DNA of 64,000 bases from Malacoraja senta (lineage: Eukaryota), in assembly GCA_038087875.1 (NCBI GenBank), contig CM075988.1, forward strand, positions 13,456,001 through 13,520,000, read 5' to 3'. The notes beneath the pieces were generated by a model. That model was not told the origin of the DNA. It saw only the letters and a program-made list of their open reading frames with translations, and made no database searches. Positions 13,501 to 25,500 of the stretch are shown here, piece by piece; the stretch's first letter is position 1; each line of letters starts with the position of its first letter. Made by a program: the position numbers and the translations under genes.

Positions 13501-16500
13501 TTCCAGTGTGCCCGAAGGAAAGCAAGATGTTGCAGTGGAGCACCAGTGCTCTTTTTGTAACAGACAACCAAAAATGTGCTGCCAGGGGAGTTGGTGTTAA
13601 GACTGGGTACAGGAGGTTAGGAACTGCACTGGGGCTGGAGTGAGGTACCTTTTGTTGTAGTTGGGAGAGATAGTGGTGCTTGGGTGGTAGTTGGTTGAGC
13701 TAGGATGGAGAGACGGTGGAGTTTGGGCTATGTTATGAAAGTGTGTGTAGGGGGAGAAGTGGCTGAAACATGGGGAGCTGGTCTGTGTTTGGGGTGGTGA
13801 GGGAGAGCCATTGGGGGTCTGCCGTGTCATCAACATTTATTTTAGAATTTAGAGATACAGCGTGGAAACAGGCCCTCGGCCCACCGAGTCCGCACCGACC
13901 AGCAATCACTCCGTATGCGAGCACTATCCTACACACTATGGACAACTTACAATTTCCAAAAGCCAATTAACCTGCAAACCTGTACGTCTTTGAAGTGCGG
14001 GAGGAAACCGGAGCACCCGGAGAAAACACAAGCGGTCACTGGGAGAATGTGCAAACTCCGTACAGACAGCACCCAGTGTCAGGATTGAACCCGGGACTCT
14101 AGCTGTTAGGCTGCAACTCCACAGCTGACCCACTGTGCCACCCAGGAAGCAGAGTGGATTATATGCCCTAGTCTGCATCAGATGGTTGCAAGCTTCAAGT
14201 TCCTAGGTGTAAATATCACCAACAATTTGTCCTGGTTTAAATACGGTCACTCTATGGCCAAGAAAGCACACCAAGACCTCTGCTTTCTCAGGATATTAAG
14301 AAAAGTTGGTATGTTTCCAATGACTCCTACCAATTTCTACAGATGGGCAATAGAAAGCATCCTGTCAGGATGCATCACAGCTTGGTTGGGCAACTGCTCT
14401 GCCCAAAACCACAAGAACCTGCTCAGAGTTGTGGATGTGTCCAGTCCATTGTGCAAACCAGCTTCCTTCCATCCACATCCCTCTCTCTCCAACAACTCCA
14501 TCTATATCGTGCATTGTCTCGGGGAAAGCAACCAAAATAATCAAGGACCACCTGCATCCCAGTCATTTTCTTGTCACCTCTTCTATCCAGAAAAGATTGA
14601 AAGCATGTACCACAAGATTCAAGAATGGCTTCCTCCCTGCTGTTATCAGATTCTTTAAAGGGCCTCTAATGCTAAAGTTAAATTCTCAATCTTTCAATCT
14701 ACCTCATGGTGGCCCTTACATTTTTCTTTTGCCTGCACTTTCTATGATATTCTGCACTGCTTATTTTCTCTTTTGCGCTACCTGTTGTACTCATGAATGA
14801 TATGATTGTACTCGTTGTGTATGGTATCATTTGCCTGGATGGCATGTAAAACAATATTTTTCATTATATCTGAGTATATGCGGTTATAATAACCCAAAGT
14901 AGGAGAAGAATTGGGCGGAGTTGGAAATGAGGGAGGTTGGTACGTTGGCCATCCAGGATTCTTGGGGAAACAACAGAGTTGGTAGTTCAGGGGGTTGGGA
15001 AATGGACATTTGAGGTCTGGACTTGGGTTGAATGAGGTTGTGGGGGTGGGATGGTTTGTGGGATCTGGGACGGTGAAGTGTATTTATGGTTGAGATTGGA
15101 CGGCCTGGGGTGTTGCACCCGCTCTGTGTAGATGTGAATGATGAAAGTTAAATACGTGTAACTCACTTTTGGAAGACCAAGTTGCCCTCGGAGTTCCCAT
15201 AGCTAATAGCATCCAGGGGAGCTTGTCCAAGTTCCACTGCTGTATTTCAAATGGATTATTGCATGATGATTGATGCCATCCTTTGAACCCCAAACAAAAC
15301 AAAGTTGATCATTCAGGAGAATATGCCCATTATGCCAACATCATCTTGCATCACCTCATGAAGTGGAAAACATCAAACTTCCATTCCCTGTCTGCAGTTT
15401 GCCATTTGTGGTGATTTATTTATAGGTGAAATATATACTGGTGAAATTTATAGGTGGTGGGAGAACAATAGTTCAATAGCTCAAGACTAAATAGCAAAAC
15501 ATTTTCAAAAGAACAGACATAGTCTTGAGCCACACACATATTGAACGGTTTTTTTTCTCAAGAAAATTGTGTCTGATGATCTAATGTCAACGTAATCTTT
15601 AAATCTTAATTTTCCATAGACTGCTCTAACAACCTGGAGTTTAAGGCCTTTTTAGTGATTTACCTCTTTGAGGAGGAATAATTGCTCGGGATACCAATGA
15701 ACTTGTTCTGTTTTAAATGTCTTTTAAGCCCGTGACAGTTTACAGCGAATGCATGTTTTTTTTATAGGTAATTTCTGATGAGTGCATTGCTTCATTTATG
15801 ACCACTCTTTAAATGCAAAATAAAAATTGAGTGCTGTTCCCTTTTGATGGGGACAAACACATAATTCAAATTCACAACCATAACAAAGAGCTCCCGTTGA
15901 GCTGCTCCAACATTTTGTGTCTATCTTCGGTGTAAACCAGCATCTGCAGTTCCTTCGCAACCGCAACCTGTATTATGCTGTACTCTATCATGAAACTGTC
16001 AGGTCATTTTTGTAGGTAATATGTTATTTAGCAGATAGAATAATCTAAAGGTAAAGTACTGCGAATTAGTAAAATGAAAACAAGAAATACTAATAATACT
16101 CGGCTAGTCAGGGAGTGTGCAGAGAGCAAATTCCCTTGCTTTTGTCTGTAACTTGCTTGACAACATCAAGTCCAGATTACTTTCTCAAATCCATGTTCCG
16201 AGCCTTAAGGACAAACGTACAGCCCGTTCCAGTCGACACTGCCACTCTGCTGGAGTCGCTGTTGCTGCCACATGATAGTTGATGTAATATTGTGGTATGA
16301 ACCCCTATAGAAATGTATCATGTGACAACTGATATTTAGTTTAGCCCATAACCCTCTAGATCCTTCCTATCCATATCTGTTCAAATGTATTTTAAACATT
16401 GTTATTGCATCTGCCTATGCCACTTCCTCTGGCAGCATGTTCCACATACCTACCACCCTCTGTGTGAAAAGCCTGACACCCAGATCCCCTTAAGTTGTCC

Positions 16501-19500
16501 CCTCTTATCTTAAATCTGTGCCCTTTAGTTATAAATTCCCCTATCATGGGAACAAGACTGTGACTATTCACCTTGTGTATGTTCCTTGTGATTTTATATA
16601 ATTCTATTAGGTCACCCCCTCAGCCTCCCACCCTCCAGTGGGAAAAATCCACCCAGTCTGCTAATCTGAAGCAGATATACCAAGATAGTTACTTGGGTGT
16701 CACCTGAAAACTGACTCTTGTTTGGTTGCAAATTAATCCATGTACTAATTTAAAGAAGAGTGGTGTTTTTAGGAAATACTATGAACATTCAACTGATCAA
16801 GCATAATATGTCAAGAGAGAAACTGTTAATGTACATGACAATTTACCTTGCCCCAGGCAATATTTATCCCTCAGCCATGTATGATAAAGGGTTGTCATTC
16901 TAAAAGGATGTCACTCTCGCAACAGATGCTGTACTTTCACAGCCTTTTTTGGTTGTTATTTTCAGCAACAACAATTATTTAAACTTTAGGCAAACGGCAG
17001 GAAAACAGGCCCTTCGGCCCACTGGGTCCGCGCCAACCAGCGATCACCCCATATACTAGCACTATCCTACACACTATTAACAATTTTACTGAAGCCAATT
17101 AATCTACGTCTTTGAAGTGTGGGAGGAAACCAGAGCACCTGAAGAAAATCCACCCAGTCACAGGGAGAACGTAAAATTCCGTGCAGGCAGCACCCGTAGT
17201 CGGGATCGAACACTGGTCTCTAGCGCTGTAAGGCAGCAACTCTACCGCTGCGCCACTGTGCTGATTGCTTACAAATCGGAAAATATTAATCATCTTGCTA
17301 TTAATGTCTTCTGCATTTTGCAATGAGCTGGAATCCGAAACTCTTGAGAGTAGCAGAAGTAATGCGCCTTTTCTTGATCGTCAAAGAGTGGGAGAGACAA
17401 ATCAAGCTTAATCTATTGTAATCAGTAGGCAATGTAAAATGATGCACATTGGAATAGATTGTAAAAAATTTCAGAATTCAGAAACTTTGTTCAATTCATG
17501 TTATAGTCTTTCAGCATGAAAAGGGGCCCTTCATCCTACTTGTCCGCAAGGATCATGATGTTCCATCTAATATCGTCCCAATTGGCGCATATTCGTCTAG
17601 CCCTTTCCAATCCATGTCCCAGTCCGTGTCTATTAAATGCTATTGCACCTGCCTCAACTGCCTCCTCTGGCAATTCCAGGCGTTCTCTGCACAGTAGCGT
17701 GTTTGGAGAATGACAGTGGAATTGGTACAATGTTATTATTGGGATTCCTATCATTGGGGTAATCTGGTCCTGCCAGTAAAGAGCTGGTCTGGCGTTCGTG
17801 TGTGTAGGTTTATCGTCTTGCCCGCCCCATCTACTCAAGTCCCAGACCTACCAATCTTCAGCCAACCATGTGTCTCATTCAGCATTACCAATTCCAGTTA
17901 ACCTTCCCCACCCCTGATCCAAGAGTCAACATTCAAGTCGTACCTCAAAATCCACCACCATGCTCCTCTCCCTGGCCACATGTTGGGCTGATCCTTCCCA
18001 CTCCTCAGGAATTACTGCTATCCGTTGCCAAATTGAATGGATAGATTCCAAAATAAATAGAGCTCATTGGGCGATCTGAAAATTATGTAAACTTCTGGTC
18101 TCGGCAAAGATGTAACAAAGCCTTTTTGAAGCTTATTGAATTCATCAGATGTACAAGTGATTGTATTTGAGAACAATACAGTGTGTAGTTTATTATGCAG
18201 TGAAAAGACAGAAAGCTCGATGCTCATTTAGTTTGAAGTGCTAATGCTGAGCTCTGTACAAATAGCAGTATACACACAATCATTTTTAACAATTCCTTTT
18301 GGAAAGGTGTGTGTAGTAAAAAGGAATCTGTTTTTGTTTTGTGAGCAATTGTCATTCCCATCGTACCAATCACCAGGCCAATGATTTGGTCATATGATAT
18401 CTGAACACCATTAAGTCACAGCGTTGCAGACAATGAAAGCATTTTGATCCGCCAACTTGTCTGCTGTTGATCTATCTGCCACTTAGTCTTTTGGACAAGC
18501 ACACCATGTGCCTTCTCTCTAAATGGTTTGCTTGGTTATGTATGTACCTGAAACTAAGATGTTTTCCATCTGATTTTAGGTTCCATTGGATAACCCTCAC
18601 TCCAAAAAGAATGCACAGCAGAAATTTAGGATTACAGGCCAACAAAGAATATTTTCAATTGGAGGGAAATAAGTTTTTAATTCTGGGCGGATCAATGCAC
18701 TATTTTCGTATTCCACGGGCGTACTGGTCTGACCGCATGTTGAAGATGAAAGCCTTGGGTTTGAATACTTTAACAACGTAAGTGATATTCATTGTGTGCA
18801 AAGATATATTACAATCCTTTTTTTTTTAAATTTCCTCTTATGATTTTGTTCCCTGAAGTTGTCAAGCTGGCTTTTCTAGTCTTTGTATACATTTATAGCA
18901 GTTATTCTCCTGATGTTTCAAAGGCAGGTTATGAACATGGCCTCGGCAGCTTTTACATAAAACATGCAGGAACAAGCCCTTCAGACCACAACGTTCGTAC
19001 AAAACATAGTGCCAAGTTAAACTTATCTCCTGCCTGCACGTCATTCATGTCCCTCCATTCTCTGCATATGTATGTGTCTCTTAAATGCCACTATCGTATC
19101 TGCTTCCACCACCACCAGTGTGTTCCAGGCACCCTCCACTCACTTTGTGTATGAGGAAAAAAAATTGCCCTGCATATCTCTTTTCAACTTGTCCCTCTCA
19201 CCTTAAAGCTATGCCCTCTTTTTGATATTTCTATCCTGGGGGGAAAAGGTTCTGACTCTCTATCCTATCAATGCCTCTCATAATTTTAAATGCTTTTATT
19301 GGGTCTCCCCCAGAGAAAACAATACAAGTTTGTCCAACCTGTCCTTGTGGCTAATACCTCCTCTTCCAGTGAGCAGTCTTGTAAACCTCTTCCTCACCTC
19401 TCCAAAGCCTCCACACCCATCATGTAATGGGGCGACCAGAACTGCATTGAATGCTTCCAATGTGGCTTAACACGCTTAGAAGTTTGACTTCAGAGTGAGG

Positions 19501-22500
19501 AGTCAGTCTAAGTGAACTTTTGATATTTTGTATAATGCATTAGTGTCCATGTTCTTATTACAGGTATGTTCCATGGAACCTTCATGAGCCAGAGAGGGGG
19601 ACATTTAATTTTAAAGACGATAATGATCTTGAGTGAGTAGATAACATTTGTGTTTCCTGGTGGTTTTTATTTTTTGCAATGTTTCTTAAAAGCATTTCTT
19701 TACAGACAGTTGCTGAGCATCAATCACCCACTAGGGAAAGCACATCTCGGACCCGCTGACCTTCAGCATAGGAGCACCGCAAGACTGCGTACTCTCCCCT
19801 CCCCTTTACTCTCTCTACACCAACGACTGCACCTCCACATACTCCTCTGTCAAGCTTCTCAAGTTTTGCGGACGACATAAACTGATTTGTCTGATCCAGG
19901 ATGGGGAGGAATCTGCCTACAGACGTGAAGTGACGAAGCTGGTGTCCTGGTGCCATCGCAACAACCTGGAGCTCAATGCTCTTAAGACAGTGAAATTGAT
20001 TGTAGACTTTCGGAGAGCTCCCCCTCCCCTAACCCTACTCGCCATCAACACCACAGTCACATCTGTGGAGTCATTTAAGTTCCTTAAATGGGAGGCCGCC
20101 ATTGACTCCACAGTCAAAAAGGCCCAACAGAGGATGTACTTCCTGCGGCAGCTGAGAAAATACAATCTGCCACAGGCAGTGATGGTATAGTTTTATACTG
20201 CCAACATTGAGTCTGTCCTCACCTTCTCCATCATGGTTTGGCTCGGCCACCAAGCATGACATCTGGAGGCTGCAGTGCCTCGTTCGCTCAGCCGAGAAGG
20301 TTGTTGGCTGCAACCTACCACCCCCCCCTCAATGACGAACTGTACACGGCAAAGGCCAGGAAGTGAGTGGGTAAGATCATCTCTGACCCCTTTCACCCTG
20401 ACCGCAAACTCTTTGAAGCACTTCCCTCTGGAAGGCGACTCTGGACTTTTTTCCACGAGCAGTCGCTCTACTCAACAATCAAAAGTCTGTAGCCTCCTTT
20501 TGCTCTGGTATTGTATTTCATTTTTCACATCTCATGTTTTATTCTTAATTGTTTACTGTATTTCGTGTTAATTGCGAGCACAGCACCAAGACAACGCACC
20601 TTGTTTGTCTACATGGCTAATAAAATGTATTCAATATTCATCTTGATTGCTCAAAGAATGTGATGTTCCTTGCAGAATCTTGCCCATTGTAGCTTGTAAG
20701 ATTTTTGTTGCTGACTTCACACCATAGAGTAGTTTTGTGTTGGCACAGTGGTTAATACCTCAAAGCTCTGGAGACCTGGATTTGATCCAGGCTTTGTGCA
20801 GTGTTTACAAGTTCTTCCCCTGATACATGTGTTTTCTGTGTCCCATAGTCATGTTTATTGATAGGTTAATTGGCCACATTAATTTGCCCCCATCGTGTAG
20901 GAGATTTGGAGAACCAGAGTGTGGTTAATGGGAATGGGGGAGAATAAAATAGGATTTGTGTAAATAGGTGTCTGATGGTCCTGGAGGACAGAGAGGTCTG
21001 TTTCCATTGCTGTAATCCTCCAAGCATCACAGCTATTTCAAGAGGACTAGAATACAAAACCAGGGATGTAATGCTGTGGCTCTGAGGTGCTGGTCAGGCC
21101 ACATTTGGAGTATTGTAAGCAATTTTGGGTACCATATCTGAGGATGTGCTGGCTCTGGAGAGGGTCCAGAGGAGGTTTACAAGAATGATCCGAGTAATGA
21201 GTAGGTTAACCTATGATGAGCGCTTGTCGGCACTGCACCTGTACTCGCTGGAGTTTAGAAGAATGATGGGACACCTCATTGAAACATACAGAATAGTGAA
21301 AGGCTTGGAAAGAGTGGATGTGGAACGGATGTTTCCATTAGTGGGAGAGTCTAGGGCTAGAGGTTATAATCAGAATTAAAGGACGTTCCTTTAAGGAGGA
21401 GATGAGAAGGAATTTATTGTCAGATGGTGGTGAATCTGTGGAATTATTTTCCACCGAAGGCTGTGGAGGCCAAGTCAATGGATATTTCTAGGGCAGAGAT
21501 AGATTCTTGATTATTATGGGTGTCAGGGATAATGGGGAGAAGGCGGAGAATGGGGTTAGAAGGGAGAGGTAGATCAACCATGATTGAATGGCGGAATAGA
21601 CTTGATGGGCAGAATGGCCTCATTCTACTATTACTTATGACCTTATCTACCTGAGCTTGGAGAACAACAACCAATGATCAGAAGCCACCAGTGAGTGCAA
21701 GGATGTGGATATCACTTGGAAAGGCACCATTTTGTTAATTTGCTCCAAGTATAATACTTTCTTTTCTAGGGCCTATCTCAAACTAGCCAATGACTTGGAT
21801 TTATGGGTCATATTGCGCCCAGGACCATATATCTGCTCGGAGTGGGACCTTGGAGGTTTACCCAGGTAAATTTGAGAATCTTCTGCAGGACAAAGCAAAA
21901 TGGTTTTTGTAAAGGATTCATAATGAGGCATCTTTACTTTACTATCTTTATTCATACTGGAGCATTACACATTGCACTAGCTGTACGTGGTCTGTCACAG
22001 GAACTAGAGAGCGATCTGTGGGTGGGGAGGTTGTAGATATACTTGTGATATGGGGAGTGGTTAGTAGGTATGAGGTCACTATGTTAAAGGCACATGCATA
22101 TCTCATCTACAGTTTTCTTTAAAAAAAGACACCAAGTGCCTGAATAGCAGTTCTCAGCAGGTCAGGCAACATCTCTGAATAACATGAAGCAGGTGACGTT
22201 TCGGGTCGGAAACCCTCTTTAAGATTTAATTTACTAGTTGTGCAAATTGAGGGTAAATCTTTCTGAGCAATACCCATGTGAGCAATGTTTCCTTTGCTAA
22301 TAATAGATCTGTTCCCTTGCCATCAATGTTGGTGTAAATAGTCGAATCTAAATATAGGCTGCAGTATGTCCTCGAATAAGAATCAAAATATTGGTCTCAG
22401 ATGACCTTGTAAAGCTAGAATAGAAACCTTAATTAAATGTAATTAAAATGTACCACTAATGTAGTAATACTTTAGAATGGAATTTCCAAACATTCCTTTT

Positions 22501-25500
22501 TATGGTTTATTGTTCCTTACATAAATTCATTTAAAAGCAGGCAAAGTATAAAAGGTTAAATTTTGTTCTGCAAATGATGAATGGAAATTCTGCATCTATA
22601 ATGATTTATTATGGTGTCCTATGCTAGTACTGTAATTTCCATAGGTAGTCCTGAGTCAATGCTTTGAGAGTATTGTTCTACATACAGAAACAATATGCAA
22701 GGAGCTGCAGATGCTGGTTTACAAAAAATGACCTCCATCGTGATACCTGACATGCTGAGTTACTCTAGCACTTTTGTGTTTCACCAAGTTAGTATGTAGA
22801 TTTGCAAGTCATTGATGTGTATATTATATGCATAAGGGTGCATATCATCTCACCTTGGTTGACGACAAACAGATCTTGAGACAAGGCACTGCAGATGCCT
22901 GATTTCCAAAGCATCAGTGCAGGTGTAACTCAGCAGGTCAGGCAGCATCTCTGGAGAACATGGATAGGTGATGCTTCAAATTGGGACCCTTCTTCAGACT
23001 CATGAACTAGTTTAATCAATGTCTAGGAAGAAACCAGTATTGGCTGACTTAGTACTGGAATTATAGATTTGGATGCGTGGTAATTGGATATGTTGACACT
23101 CATAGAAGATAGACACAAAATGCTGGAGTAACTCAATGGGACAGGCAGCATCTCTGAATAGAAGGAACAGGTGACGTTCGTGCCAAGACCCTTCTTCAGA
23201 CCGAGGCTCGATCCGAAACGTCACCCATTCTTTCTATCCAGAGATGCTGCCTGTCCCGCTGAGTTACTAGGCATTTTGTGTCTATCTTCAATGTAAACCA
23301 GAATCTGCAGTTCTTTCCTACACAAGTTGACACTAACATGGCACTTTGTAAAATACAAATAAATGTCAGTCATAGCGCTTAAAACCTGTTTTTTGTTTTT
23401 TTTGCAAAAAAAAATTGCAGACCTTTCTTTAAAATATTAGTATTTTCCCAATGGTGGAATCTTACAGAAGAGTGTGATGTACTGCTGTCTCTATTTTGAT
23501 TGGTATAACTATATTTGGTTTAATTATGTTAATTGATAGAGCGGAAACTATAGATTTCAGGAATAAAGAGGATGGGTTATCAGAAATTATGATCTTTAGG
23601 TGAAGTGTTATTTAATTTCACTGTACTTATTTGATCTGTTCCCTTTTTAGTTGGCTGCTGAGAGACAGAAAAATGAAACTGCGCACGACGTATGCTGGTT
23701 TTACTGATGCAGTCAATTCCTTTTTCAATGTGCTAATTCCTAAGGTCCTCAAATTTCAGGTGAGTTAGGCCAATTCACGAGATCTTGCTGCACTATGGAT
23801 GTTCGGTGTCTCTAATAAGCATGGTTTATATTGCATTAGTTGGAAAGCTTCTTTTATCATGACTTGATTTTTATCAAATATGTTTCAACTTGGCAAGTTA
23901 ACCCTCTGGCAAACTATTTGATATGATCCAGAAAGTTGAAATGTCATACTTGTAGGTCAGAAGACATCATAAAAGAACATGTAATGCAGATGGTGAACAT
24001 CACTGAACTGATTTCCTGCCTCTTGGGTCTATACAGAACGTTACCTTTTAAAGTTAATTATGCTGAGGCAGAAGTCTGGTGACAATACTTTTAAGTCACT
24101 TATAAATTGCAAGGGTTTTTCTTTTATGTGAAGTATTGTGGTATTTAAATAGATTATGAACTCCGCTCCCCAGGAATCCACAGCTCCTTTATGAATCCAT
24201 ATTTCAAACTGAGACGAGTTTGGATTGATTGCTTTGATTTCTGGTTTCCTAGTATAGTAGGTATTATGAATATTGGTGCTAGTGGGTGGTTCTGGATAGA
24301 ACAGTCGACACTAGGTGCCATGCCTGTATGGTTGTGTTCTGCATCAGAAACACTGAGTCTGCAGTAGAGCACAGTCACACTGACTTACTACCTTCTGTAG
24401 AATGTCCCCATTCATTTAATAATCGGAAGCATTCAAAAACATTTTTTTTAAATGATCAGTTAACCAGGACAGTAGGGGTTGGCAGCAGCTGGGAACCAAT
24501 TAGTATGCGTGGAGCACTCTGCCTCATGTGTTGACTACAGAGTGTCCCAAAAGACTGCAAATGTTTATTGCTGTTGTACGGAGTAGACTTGAGGCAGGGG
24601 TTGGGTCAAGCATGGATCATTCCAATGTGCTCTTGGAAGCATGCACAGAAAGATGAGAAATAAGCCAGAATGGGCCTGAATATATCAAGGAACAGGCTAT
24701 CAAAGAGGAAATTAACTGCATTTGCCAATTATTTTTGGATGCACAGCAACACTTGCTAGCAGTATGTGCATTTGAAAGTTTCCACACCTTGTAATCTCAC
24801 TCCTTTATCCTCCCCATAAAGCAAGACCACCTTGGAACCCACATAGAACAGTACAGCACAGGAGCAGGCCCTTCAGCCCGCAATGTCTGTGTCGAACATG
24901 ATGCCAAGACCATCTCTCATCTCCGTCCCCATCCGTCCCCCCTCCGTCCCCATCTCAATGAGTTCCGTGCCCTCCATGACTTGGAACGCTTCTACCGTCG
25001 CCTCCGCCTCACAGCTCACTTCCATGGGAAGGAGTCCTCGCTCCCCACTGATGACCCCTTTTCCCGTCTCCAACGCACCCCATCCTCATGGAACCCCCCT
25101 CGTAGCCTTCCGGCTTTAGAACTCTTTATTAAAAACTGCCGCCGTGACATCAACCGCCTCAACTTCTCCACTCCCCTGTCTCACTCCAATCTCTCCCCCC
25201 CTGAACGCACTGCCATCGACTCACTCCGCAACAACCTAGATTGGGTTATCAAACCCGCCGACAAGGGAGGTGCCGTGGTAGTCTGGCGCGTCGATCTCTA
25301 CAAAGCTGAGGCCACGTGCCAACTCTCGGACACCTCCTCCTACTTACCCCTGGACCATGACCCCACTGACGAGCACCAGGCCACCATCTCCAGCACCATC
25401 ACCGACTTCATCCACTCCCACGCCCTGCCCGAACGAGCCTCCAACCTCATCGTTCCCCAGCCCCGCACAGCCCGCTTTTACCTTCTCCCCAAAATCCACA

